From: Planctomycetota bacterium
Lineage (GTDB): Bacteria; Planctomycetota; B15-G4; SIAN01
Length of the DNA stretch: 58,807 nucleotides
Assembly: GCA_031409275.1 (NCBI GenBank)
Contig: JANNXA010000052.1
Location: 1 to 58,807 of the forward strand
Direction of reading: 5' to 3'
This document shows, piece after piece, positions 38,468 to 47,627 of the stretch (its first letter is position 1; each line of letters starts with the position of its first letter). Position numbers and translations under genes: made by a program. The notes below the pieces were generated by a model that made no database searches, was not told the DNA's origin, and saw only the letters and a program-made list of their open reading frames with translations.

Positions 38468-40014
38468 ACCGCAGGATCACGTTCACCCGCGGCCGCAAAT
38501 GGGCGATCGGCCTGAACGTGCTGGTCGCCTCGCTGCTGGCGCCGCTGGCCGGCGGGCTGCTGATCTACCTCGCCTTCCGGCCCGAGGCGCGTCGTCGCAT
38601 CGACCTCACCTCGCGCCAGACCTTCACGCTGTCGGAGCGGACGCAGAAGCTGCTCGACAGCATCGCCGAGCCGATCGACGTCTACACCTGCTTCCGGCCG
38701 ACGACGATCAACGCCAGCGGCGGCTTTTCGCCCGGCATGGACGAGGTGATCGCGGCGATCGCCACCCACTGCAACGACCTCTTGCGCGAGTTCGAGCTGC
38801 GTTCCGCCGGCAAGGTGCGACTGCACGCCTACGACCCCAATCAGACCGGCCACCTCGTCCGCATCACCGAGCTCACGCGAGCGATCGGCGAAACGGCGCT
38901 GAACGTGGCCGTCGTCGAGCGCGGGGCGCGCCGCCGCGTGCTGCGGCTCGCCGACCTCGCAGCCTTCGACGAAGGCACGCGCACGGCGCAGCAGTTCACG
39001 CGCTCGCAGCTGCACGGCTTCCGCGACGAGGAGGCGCTGGCGAAGGCGCTCCTCTCGGTGACCGAGAAGCGGCGCGCACGCATCGGCTTCCTCAAGGGCC
39101 ACGGCGAACGCAATCCAACCGAGGCGGGCTACAGCGAGTCGGGCAGCGTCGGCATGGGGGCGTTTGGGACGTCGCTGCTGGCGCAGAACTACGAGCTCGC
39201 CGTCGTCGACCTTTCGAGCGGCAAGCCGCTGGCGCGCGAGGAGCTCGACGTCCTGGTGGTCGCCGATCCGCTCGAAGCGTTGACGGACGCGGAGGTCGAG
39301 ACGGTCACGCGCTACGCCGGCAGCGGCGGGCGCCTGCTCGTGATGCTCTCGCCCAACGCGGCCAACTCGCTCGATTTCCCGTTGCTCGATCAGCTCTACG
39401 GGCTGGCGCGCACGCCGCATCCGGTCTGCCAGGAGACGAAGCTCGGCGAGCTCAAGTCGGAGCCCGACTCGTTCTTCACCGACGTCTGGTCGCCCGACCA
39501 TCCGATCGTCCAGCCGCTTCGCACGAAGCAGTTGCGCCTGCATTGGGAGCAGGCGGGGCCGCTCAAGGCGCTCGGACGGGTCGAGCAGTCGGACGTGGTC
39601 GTGGTGCCGCTGGCGTGGACCGGCAAGGACGCCTGGACCGACCTGCTCGGCGCCGATCGCCGCCGCAATCGCGCCTTCGATCCGGGCATCGAGGAGAAGG
39701 CGGGACCCTACACGCTCGCCGTCGCGATCGAGCGGCGCGGCGAGGGCGGTCGCGCGGTGGTGGTGGGCACGGCCAGCGTCTTCGACAACAACAACCTCGC
39801 GGCCGGCACCGCCAATCGCGACTTCGCGCTGAACGCGGTCGACTGGCTGACTTCGCGCGAGCAGCTCATTTCCATCGCGCCGCGGCCCTTCGAGGTGGCG
39901 CGCGTCGACCTGACCGGCGCCGAGTTCCGCACGATCTTCCTCTACGTGGTCGTCGGCATCCCAGCGCTCGCCCTGCTGCTGGGCGTGGCGGTGTTCTGGG
40001 CGCGGCGCAACTGA
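38464..40014 (+). CDS. GldG-like ABC-type transport auxiliary component
   Basis: N-terminal TM, RIDLT..TFTLS..T, GFLKGHGE, GGRLL, HPI, NRDFALNAVDWL and a C-terminal TM ending WARRN. Confidence 0.85.
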   Translation: MNRRITFTRGRKWAIGLNVLVASLLAPLAGGLLIYLAFRPEARRRIDLTSRQTFTLSERTQKLLDSIAEPIDVYTCFRPTTINASGGFSPGMDEVIAAIATHCNDLLREFELRSAGKVRLHAYDPNQTGHLVRITELTRAIGETALNVAVVERGARRRVLRLADLAAFDEGTRTAQQFTRSQLHGFRDEEALAKALLSVTEKRRARIGFLKGHGERNPTEAGYSESGSVGMGAFGTSLLAQNYELAVVDLSSGKPLAREELDVLVVADPLEALTDAEVETVTRYAGSGGRLLVMLSPNAANSLDFPLLDQLYGLARTPHPVCQETKLGELKSEPDSFFTDVWSPDHPIVQPLRTKQLRLHWEQAGPLKALGRVEQSDVVVVPLAWTGKDAWTDLLGADRRRNRAFDPGIEEKAGPYTLAVAIERRGEGGRAVVVGTASVFDNNNLAAGTANRDFALNAVDWLTSREQLISIAPRPFEVARVDLTGAEFRTIFLYVVVGIPALALLLGVAVFWARRN

Positions 40015-40054
40015 ACGGCGCGATGCAGCGGCGGCGCGCCAGCGAAGGATCTCG

Positions 40055-41893
40055 ATGAAGCTGCGGACGACGCTGGCGGTGGTGGTGCTCGGCCTGCTGG
40101 CCTGGGTCGCGATCAAGCTGCTCGGCGACCCGCCGGCGCCGCCGGCCGCGCGCGCGCCGCTGATCGAGGCGGCGCTGCTGAATGAGTGGGAGCAGCTCGA
40201 CGTGATGCTGCTGTCGGGGTCGCAGTTCCGGCTCGAGCGTCGTCCCGGCGGGGGCGTGATGATCCGCTTCGGTTCCGACGGCGAGGATGGGCTGCACCTC
40301 GACTTCACGGATGCGGCCGACCTCGACCGGACCAAGGAGCTCCTGCAGGCGCTTCGCGACGGTTGGCGCGAGCCGCTGGTTGGAACCGCCGACGACCAGA
40401 TGCGCGCCGGCGTCCTCGCGCCGCGCACGGCGATCACGGTGCGCGGTGGCGGGCGCGAAGTGTCGCTGCGTTTCGGGAACGACGATCCGGCCGGCAACGG
40501 GATCCTCGCCTACGACAGCACGACGCAGTCGCTGTTTCGCACCGGGCGCCAGGTGGCCAACCTCTTCGACGCGAACCTGAAGGTCTGGCGCGATCGCGCC
40601 GTCTTCCCCTTCGACCCGTTCGGCATCACCGAGATCGAGTTGCGGCGCGATCCGCCCGACCCCGAGCTGCCGGCGGAATTGATCACCGCGGTGCGCGGCG
40701 GCGGGTTGCGCGATTGGCGGCTGGTGCAGCCGCGCTCGCTGATCGCCGACCCCGAGGCGTGCCGCGCGATCGCGCAGCAGTGCTCGCTGCTGCGCATCCA
40801 GAACTTCATCTCGCAGAAGTGGCGCAAGGACGTCCATGACGTCAGCGGATTGCCCGACCACCCGATCTTCACGCTCACCCTCTCGGCCGGTGACGCGCTG
40901 GTGCAGGTGAAGATCGGCAAGTACATGGATGGTCCGGGGTACCCGGCGGTCTGCGAGCAGCGCGATCCCAACCTCTGCTTCACCATCGAGAAGGAGGGGG
41001 TCGAGCGCCTCCTCGCCGTCACCGTCGACTCGCTGCGTCCGCGCCGATTGTTCCCGCGCATGGAGTCGATGCTGGTCGGGTTGCGCTGCGACCTCGCCGA
41101 CGGAACTGCGAAGTGGCGCGTCGAGCGCGAAGCGCTGCACCCGGCCGGTCGCTGGAACATCGCGGTGCCGTTCGTCGGCCCCGCCAATCCGGCGCGCGGC
41201 AGCGACTCCTTCGGCCAGGTCGTGGCCGATCTCGATCGCGTCGAGGTGGCGTCCTTCCTTCCGGCCGACACCCCCTTCACGCCGGAGGCGCGCATCACGC
41301 TGCAGTGGAAGGCCGATCCGGTGCTGCCGGTCGCCTCCTTCGAGATCGCTCGCGACGGGGAGCGCACCTTGCTGCGCGATCCCAAGCAGCCCAGTGAACT
41401 CTTCGCGGTCGGCCCTTGGCTTGGGACGCTGATCGACCTCGACCTGCAGCGCTGCCGCGAGCTCGTCTTCTGGCCGCGAGACGAGTGGTCGCCGCGGTTG
41501 CTGCACTGGCGCCTCGTGGTGGCTGGGCGCGACACGATCGAGGCGATCCGCCCCGATACGAACACGCCGGTCGCTGCGGGACCGACCACTCCGCCGCTCG
41601 CCGTTCCCGACCTGACGTCAGCGACCGAGGAGCTGCTGGGTAAGCCGTGCGTGCGCTACGTGCGCGCCAGCGAGGTGATGGCCACCAAGGACGCGGTCGA
41701 CCCGTTCCGAACTCTCGCTTTCGAGCTGTGGCTCGACACGGTGGATCGCTCCGAGCGGCTGCTGGTCAGCAGCGGCGCGGAGGCGCCCGAGGGCGGCCTC
41801 TACTGCAAGCTGTCACCGCGCCTGCCGGACGACGTCTGGATGGTGATGCCGCGCGCGGCGCTCGAGCGCCTGTTGCGGTTGGCGGCCAAGTAA
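40055..41893 (+). CDS. DUF4340-like membrane-anchored protein
   Basis: MKLRTT plus an N-terminal TM; repeated WRDRAVF / WRLVQP...AD modules; usual position after gldG-like genes. Confidence 0.7.
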   Translation: MKLRTTLAVVVLGLLAWVAIKLLGDPPAPPAARAPLIEAALLNEWEQLDVMLLSGSQFRLERRPGGGVMIRFGSDGEDGLHLDFTDAADLDRTKELLQALRDGWREPLVGTADDQMRAGVLAPRTAITVRGGGREVSLRFGNDDPAGNGILAYDSTTQSLFRTGRQVANLFDANLKVWRDRAVFPFDPFGITEIELRRDPPDPELPAELITAVRGGGLRDWRLVQPRSLIADPEACRAIAQQCSLLRIQNFISQKWRKDVHDVSGLPDHPIFTLTLSAGDALVQVKIGKYMDGPGYPAVCEQRDPNLCFTIEKEGVERLLAVTVDSLRPRRLFPRMESMLVGLRCDLADGTAKWRVEREALHPAGRWNIAVPFVGPANPARGSDSFGQVVADLDRVEVASFLPADTPFTPEARITLQWKADPVLPVASFEIARDGERTLLRDPKQPSELFAVGPWLGTLIDLDLQRCRELVFWPRDEWSPRLLHWRLVVAGRDTIEAIRPDTNTPVAAGPTTPPLAVPDLTSATEELLGKPCVRYVRASEVMATKDAVDPFRTLAFELWLDTVDRSERLLVSSGAEAPEGGLYCKLSPRLPDDVWMVMPRAALERLLRLAAK

Positions 41894-41922
41894 CCCCAGC
41901 GGGCGGCACCGCCGACTCGGCA

Positions 41923-42786
41923 TCACTTCTCGAGCAACGCCGTCGCGAGCGGGGCCGCGATTGGAGCGATGGGGCCGCTCGCGAGCGCTTCGGTGTCGTC
42001 GATCCCGGCATGGCGCAGCTCGAGCGCCACCTGCCCGAACCCGAATTCGCGCGTGACTCGCAGCGGCAGCCGGCGCGCGTCGGACGAGATCGCCACCTCG
42101 TAGAAGCCGACGACGGGGCCGGGCACCGCCGTTTCGCCGAGCTCTTCGTAGGGCCGTACCTCGACTCGCCACATCAGCGCCTGCGCGAAGTCGCCGGCTC
42201 CCACCGCGAGATCGGCGCGTCCGAGATAGCGCACGCGATAGCAGAACGAGCGCAGCGTCATCGCCACTTCGAAGTCGCGTGCGGCTTCGGTGGGCGCCAA
42301 GGCGCGCAACTCCTGCAGCAGCGACAGTGGATCGTTCGGGCGCCGATACTGCGTGAGCTCGCTCACCCAGCTCGTGTCGTCCGCGGGTCGGTACCACAAG
42401 GTGGGGACCTCGTCGTAGGCGAGCGAGCGGCTGCTGCGGGAGCCATCTTCGTCGACCCAGAGTTCGAACGACCGCGCGCTGCCGTCGCTGCGTTGGCGGG
42501 TCGTCGCCGCGCCGCGCACGGCGCAGAACCAGTCGACGAGCGCGTTGGTGCCACCCTCGAGCGCGAAGCACCAGCCGTCCGCGCTGTTGCGTGCCGAGAG
42601 CGCGGCCGACCCGATCGGCAGTCCGGCGAGCGCCACGCCGTACTCGAGGCGCTCTCCCGAGCAAGGCGTGAGGGCCGGGGGCGTCGCGCTCGCGGTGACG
42701 TCCGTCTCACGCGTGATCTCGGGGCGGCTGGTGCATGACGCGACCAGCAGCGAGACGGCTGACAGGTGAAGCAGGCGAAGCGCCAT
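41923..42786 (-). CDS. DUF3108-like lipoprotein
   Basis: Lipobox LVAS-C; GERLEY..., DPLS and ISSDARRLPLRV...FG motifs. Confidence 0.65.
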   Translation of the reverse strand: MALRLLHLSAVSLLVASCTSRPEITRETDVTASATPPALTPCSGERLEYGVALAGLPIGSAALSARNSADGWCFALEGGTNALVDWFCAVRGAATTRQRSDGSARSFELWVDEDGSRSSRSLAYDEVPTLWYRPADDTSWVSELTQYRRPNDPLSLLQELRALAPTEAARDFEVAMTLRSFCYRVRYLGRADLAVGAGDFAQALMWRVEVRPYEELGETAVPGPVVGFYEVAISSDARRLPLRVTREFGFGQVALELRHAGIDDTEALASGPIAPIAAPLATALLEK

Positions 42787-42943
42787 CGGGAAGCCTCCAG
42801 CGGACTCCCAGCGCTTCGTCCGCTGCTCACCCACCTCTTGAGGCGGCACGTGGCGATGCGGACGAAGTTGCCTGTCACCGCGCGCGCCGCGCCTCGTCCA
42901 GCCGGCGCGTGCACGCGGTTGCGGTTGCGATAGCCTGCGCGCC

Positions 42944-43981
42944 ATGACGGAGCCCGAGTACGTGCCCGACGCCGCGCCGACGACCGCCTGGCCCGCCGAC
43001 CTGCCGCAACCAGTGGCAGTCGATGAGGGCGAGTGCGTGCGCTACCAGACGACCTTCGAGGCGACGTGGCGCCACGGTCCCTGGACGATGGGCGAGGTGC
43101 AGCGCCGCTCCGGCGCGCCGCTCGCGCTCCTGGCGAAGGCGCGCGACGCGATCGCGTTCGATTGGTCGCGCGCGCTCTTCCTCGACCTCGAGGTGGGCAC
43201 TCATCCGCGCGGCGGAGCGTGCCTCTACCTCGCCGGTACCGCGCGCTTCATCGATGGCGCGCTGGTGCTCACGCAACGGCTCGCCCGCGATGCCGATGGC
43301 GAGCGGGCGCTGCTGATCGCGTTGGCCGCCGAACTCGCGCAGGCCGGCGAACTGGTCACCTACGCCGGCAAGAGCTTCGACGCCCCGACCCTGGTCGCTC
43401 GCGCGGCCGCGCATCAGGTCGAGCTTTCGTTGCCGCCTCGCCATTTCGACCTCTACCGCATGGCCGGGAAGCTGCTGCGAAAGCGCTACGGCGACCAGAA
43501 GCTCGTGACCTTCGAGCGCGAACTGCTGCGCTTCGATCGCGGCGAGGACCTGCCCGGTTCGGCACTGCCGCTCGCGTGGCACGACCTCTTCCTGCCGGAG
43601 AGCAGTTCGCTGCGAATGGCCGTGGTGCGCCACAACCTCCTCGATGTGCTGGCGCTGCCGTCGCTCGCCGCCGAACTCTCGTTTCGAGTGGAGTGCCCGC
43701 AGGAGAACGACGAGCGAGAACACCTCGCGGAACTGCACGTCGAGGTCGGCAAGGATCGCGCGTCGCTCGAACGGGCGCTCGAAGTCGATCCCGACTCGTT
43801 CCGCGCCCGGCTCGAGCTCTCGAAAGTGGTGGAACGCGAGGAGGGCGACCTCGATGCCGCGATGCGGCACGCCGAACTGGCGCTCGAGATCGCTCCCGAC
43901 CACCTCGCCGACGCCGCCCGTCGTCGCATTGCTCAGCTCAAGCGACGGATGACGCGGCACGGTTTCGAAGGCGAGTCATGA
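42944..43981 (+). CDS. YprB-like RNase H-fold (DEDD) exonuclease with C-terminal TPR-like helices
   Basis: LFLDLE, LVTYAGKSFD, HFDL and HNLLDV motifs. Confidence 0.75.
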   Translation: MTEPEYVPDAAPTTAWPADLPQPVAVDEGECVRYQTTFEATWRHGPWTMGEVQRRSGAPLALLAKARDAIAFDWSRALFLDLEVGTHPRGGACLYLAGTARFIDGALVLTQRLARDADGERALLIALAAELAQAGELVTYAGKSFDAPTLVARAAAHQVELSLPPRHFDLYRMAGKLLRKRYGDQKLVTFERELLRFDRGEDLPGSALPLAWHDLFLPESSSLRMAVVRHNLLDVLALPSLAAELSFRVECPQENDEREHLAELHVEVGKDRASLERALEVDPDSFRARLELSKVVEREEGDLDAAMRHAELALEIAPDHLADAARRRIAQLKRRMTRHGFEGES

Positions 43982-45585
43982 CGTTCGCGTCGACGCGCCG
44001 CTGGCTGCGCTCGGTCGCCGCGTGGGTGTTGCTCTCCGCTGTGGCGCGAGCGGCTGCCGAGGAACCAGCCGCGCTCTTTGCTGCCGGGCGCGACGCGGCG
44101 GCATTGGCGGCCTGCGAGGAGCTGCTGGCGAAGGCGGCCTCCGCGAAGGCGCCCGCTGACGCGACTCTGGTCGAGTTGCGCGCGCGCTGTCTCTTCGAGC
44201 TGGGCCGGTTCGAGGAAGCGAATGGGGCGTTGGCGCCCTTGCGCCCGCCGACGCTCGAGGCGCAGTTGCTGGCGTTGCGCGTGCGAATCCAGCAACGCGG
44301 TGAGGCGGCCGCGCTGGCGAGCGCAATCGACGCGTTGCCGCTGCCGGTGGACGATCCGCGCCGCATCGGTCTGCGGGTGCGGCTGGCTTTGGCGCGTGGA
44401 AGGTCCGATGAGGCGTGGCGCGAGGCGCGGCGACTGCAGAAGGTTGCGGCGGAGGAGGGCGAATCGCTGCTGCTGATCGCGCTCGCGTTGCAGGCTTGCG
44501 AGCGCCACGAGGAGGCGGCCGCCGCGTTCGATCGCCTCGACGCGCGCGCTCGCGACGACGAGCTGCATCTGCGGCGCGAGGGGTGGCGGTCGCAGGCCGA
44601 GCAGCAGTTGCGTGCGCGCGCCTATGGCGAAGCGGCGAGCCACTTCGCGAAGGTCGCCGCCGCTTCCGACAGCGCCGAGCCGTGCGCGCGTCAGGCGATC
44701 TGCCTCGGCTTCAGCCGCCAGTACGGACCGGCGATCGCCGCGTGGGAGACGGCGGTCGCGCGCGCACCCAACCATCGCGAATACCGCTTGCGCCTCGCCG
44801 ACCTCTACCGCTCGCAGGGCCGCCTCGAAGAGGCGCGCCAGGCCTACGCGCCGCTGGCCGCTGCGACACCGCCGGTCGCGCTCGCGGAACTTCGACTGGC
44901 CGAGCTCGACTTCGAGGAGGGCGCGCTCGCGCCGGCGCAGGAGCACGCGGAACGCGCGGCGCTCCTCGCCCCCGACTCCGGCGATGTCGCGGCGATTCGT
45001 GCCCGCATCGCCGAGAAGACGGGCGCGGCCGCACGCGCGATCGAGCTCTACCGTCAGGCGGTCGCGCGCAGTCCGCTGCGCTTCGACGCGAGCTACCGGC
45101 TGGCGCGGCTGCTGGCGCGTTCGACCGAGCCGGCGCAGCGCAGCGAGGGAGCGGCGCTGCTCGAGCGCTATCGGCGATGCGAGCCGTGGATCGAGGAGAT
45201 CGACCTGCTGCGCCAGGAGCTCGCGGCCGATCCGCGCCAGCCCGCGCTGCTGTTGCGGATGGCGGGCCTGCTGAACCTCGCCGGCGAATACGACCTCGCC
45301 AAGGGGTTCATCGTGCGACTCGAACAGGGCGCGGTGCCGAGCGCTTCGGCGCTGGTGCAGTCGGGCTACATCCACGCCAACCTCGGCGACGTCGCCTCGG
45401 CTCGTGATCGCTTCGCCCGCGCGTTGGCGCTGGTCGAGGCGCAAGGCGAGACGAAGGCCGTGTTGCGGCTGCGCGATTGGATCGGTCAGATCGATCGCGG
45501 CGAGAAGCTGCCCTTTCCGCTCGGAGAGATGACGACGCCCGGAGCCGCGCGCGCGCCGGACACGGCGCCATCCGGAGGCGGCTGA
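43978..45585 (+). CDS. Tetratricopeptide-repeat protein, probably exported
   Basis: ATGA overlap with the upstream gene; signal-like N-terminus; multiple TPR units such as LADLYRSQGRLEEARQAY. Confidence 0.78.
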   Translation: MTFASTRRWLRSVAAWVLLSAVARAAAEEPAALFAAGRDAAALAACEELLAKAASAKAPADATLVELRARCLFELGRFEEANGALAPLRPPTLEAQLLALRVRIQQRGEAAALASAIDALPLPVDDPRRIGLRVRLALARGRSDEAWREARRLQKVAAEEGESLLLIALALQACERHEEAAAAFDRLDARARDDELHLRREGWRSQAEQQLRARAYGEAASHFAKVAAASDSAEPCARQAICLGFSRQYGPAIAAWETAVARAPNHREYRLRLADLYRSQGRLEEARQAYAPLAAATPPVALAELRLAELDFEEGALAPAQEHAERAALLAPDSGDVAAIRARIAEKTGAAARAIELYRQAVARSPLRFDASYRLARLLARSTEPAQRSEGAALLERYRRCEPWIEEIDLLRQELAADPRQPALLLRMAGLLNLAGEYDLAKGFIVRLEQGAVPSASALVQSGYIHANLGDVASARDRFARALALVEAQGETKAVLRLRDWIGQIDRGEKLPFPLGEMTTPGAARAPDTAPSGGG

Positions 45586-45606
45586 CGTTCGCGGCGCGCA
45601 GCGCGC

Positions 45607-47520
45607 TCAGCGCTTCGCGAAGGGGCGCAGCGCTTCGAGCGCGCCCCCTTCGGTCGCGCGGTAGTCGAAGCCTGCGGCGAGCGCTCCGAACTCCTGCACC
45701 TTGCCGTCGGGCCAGCGCACCTTGAGCGTTCCGTGCGTCGCACCGCTTGGAAGCGCGAAGTGGAGGCGGCGGTCGCTGGCCGACGCGTAGGAAGCGCCCC
45801 CCTTCACGGCAGCGAGCTGCGTCTTGCCGGCGCAGGTGAACCAGGCGCGCGCGCCGATCGCGTCGCGCGCCGAGGTCGTGCCGCGCAGTTCGATGATCAC
45901 GGCGTCGCGGGCGTGCGTTCGCTCGGCGTGTTGGTTGCGCAGCAGTTGCGGGCGATCGTCGCTGCAGGCGATCACGACGTCGAGGTCGCCGTCGCCATCG
46001 ACGTCGCCGCTGGCGAGGCCGCGGGCGACATGGCGTTCGAGGAAGTGCGCGCCCGCCTGCTCGGCGGCAACGCCGCGGAAGCGGCCATCGCCGACGTTCT
46101 CGAACAACTGATCGTGTTGGCGAAGCGTGAGGGTGCCGCGCGTCTTCCAGATGTGGCGCACGACGTGGCCGTTGGCCACCACGAGGTCGAGGTCGGCATC
46201 GTGATCGAAGTCGAGGAAGTGCGTCCCGAATCCGACCGCGCCCTGATCGAGCGCCGCGAGTCCCGACTCGCGCACCTCGTCCTCGAAGTAGCCGGTGCCG
46301 TCGTTGCGGTAGAGGCCGTTGGTCTCGAGGTCGAGGTTGGTCACCCACAAATCGAGGTCGCCGTCGCCGTCGTAGTCGGCGGCGTCGGTGCCCATCCCCG
46401 CCTGGCTGCGGCCGTCGCTGGAGAGCGCGCCGCCGCGCAGGAGCCCCTCTTCGGTGAAGTGGCCGGTGCCATCGTTCAGGAACAGGAGGTTCGGGCAGCC
46501 GTCGTTGGCGACGTAGAGGTCGCAGTCGCCGTCGTCGTCGAGATCGCAGGCGACGACCCCGAGTCCCTTGCCGTTCTTCGCGAGCGGTTCCGGGACCAGG
46601 AGCCCGACTTCCCGCGCGCATTCGCGGAAGCGGCCGTCGGCCTCTTGATGGAACAGGCGGTCCTGCGTCCCAGGGAAGTCCTTTGGCGAGCAGTAGTCAC
46701 GCACGCCGGTGGTGGCCGCGCCGCAGCGAAGGCGCTCGTTGAGTTCGTCGCTGAAATCGACGTAGCCGGCGACGTAGAGGTCGAGGCGGCCATCGCGATC
46801 GATGTCGAGGAAGGCGGCGCTGCTGGCCAGCAGCCCGGCGGCGTCGACTCCGAGTTGCGCTCCGCACTCGACGAAGCGCGCCACGCCCTCGCGAACGCCG
46901 TCGTTGCGGTAGAGCCACGAGCGTCGATCGCCGGTGACGTAGAGGTCCTGGTCGCCGTCGTTGTCGAAGTCAGCGGTCGCGCTGCCGATCGCGAAGGCGC
47001 CCGGTGGTAGGAGCAGGCCGGCGTCGCGCGCGACTTCGGTGAAGACGAACTCGCCGTCATTGCGGAAGAAGGCGTGCTGCGGTGGCGTCGGCGGGGCGGG
47101 CAAGTCGGGCCAGCAGCCGCCGGTATTGCAGAAGAGATCGAGGTCGCCGTCGCCATCGGCGTCGAAGAGCGCGACGCCGCCGCTGATGATCTCCTGCATT
47201 CGATAGCGGTCACTTGCGGCGCTCGAGTGACGCCAGGCGCCGAGCGCGGCACGCATCGCCGTGAACTGTTCATTCGGAAAGGGAGGCGGATCGCGCGGCC
47301 ACGGCGGACCGTCGTCGGTGACGGCAGTCGGCGCATCGACCGGCGCATCGGTCGGTGCGGTGGGCGCCGCCGCGGCCGAAGGGACGGTCACCGGTGGGGC
47401 GGTCCGCCGCTCCTCGGAATCGGTGCAGCACAGCGCCATCGACGAGACGCCGGCGGCTACCACGAAGCTGGCGAAGTCGCGCTTCACGACGCTCCCCGAT
47501 CCCACCGCGCCGCGCGTCAT
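45607..47520 (-). CDS. FG-GAP repeat / ASPIC-UnbV (CRTAC1-family) protein
   Basis: Repeated D.D.DGD.DL motifs, AGMG..AADYDGDG and a C-terminal DAIGAR...SYAS...LHF...VRWPDG domain; the start is approximate. Confidence 0.88.
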   Translation of the reverse strand: MTRGAVGSGSVVKRDFASFVVAAGVSSMALCCTDSEERRTAPPVTVPSAAAAPTAPTDAPVDAPTAVTDDGPPWPRDPPPFPNEQFTAMRAALGAWRHSSAASDRYRMQEIISGGVALFDADGDGDLDLFCNTGGCWPDLPAPPTPPQHAFFRNDGEFVFTEVARDAGLLLPPGAFAIGSATADFDNDGDQDLYVTGDRRSWLYRNDGVREGVARFVECGAQLGVDAAGLLASSAAFLDIDRDGRLDLYVAGYVDFSDELNERLRCGAATTGVRDYCSPKDFPGTQDRLFHQEADGRFRECAREVGLLVPEPLAKNGKGLGVVACDLDDDGDCDLYVANDGCPNLLFLNDGTGHFTEEGLLRGGALSSDGRSQAGMGTDAADYDGDGDLDLWVTNLDLETNGLYRNDGTGYFEDEVRESGLAALDQGAVGFGTHFLDFDHDADLDLVVANGHVVRHIWKTRGTLTLRQHDQLFENVGDGRFRGVAAEQAGAHFLERHVARGLASGDVDGDGDLDVVIACSDDRPQLLRNQHAERTHARDAVIIELRGTTSARDAIGARAWFTCAGKTQLAAVKGGASYASASDRRLHFALPSGATHGTLKVRWPDGKVQEFGALAAGFDYRATEGGALEALRPFAKR

Positions 47521-47627
47521 TTCGCTCCGACGGAGGAGGCGGCGAAGCGCCCGGGTTAGCTCACGACGATGCGGCATGCAAGGGCGCGCGCGAGCGATCT
47601 CCCCCGATCGCCACGACCTCCACCGCC

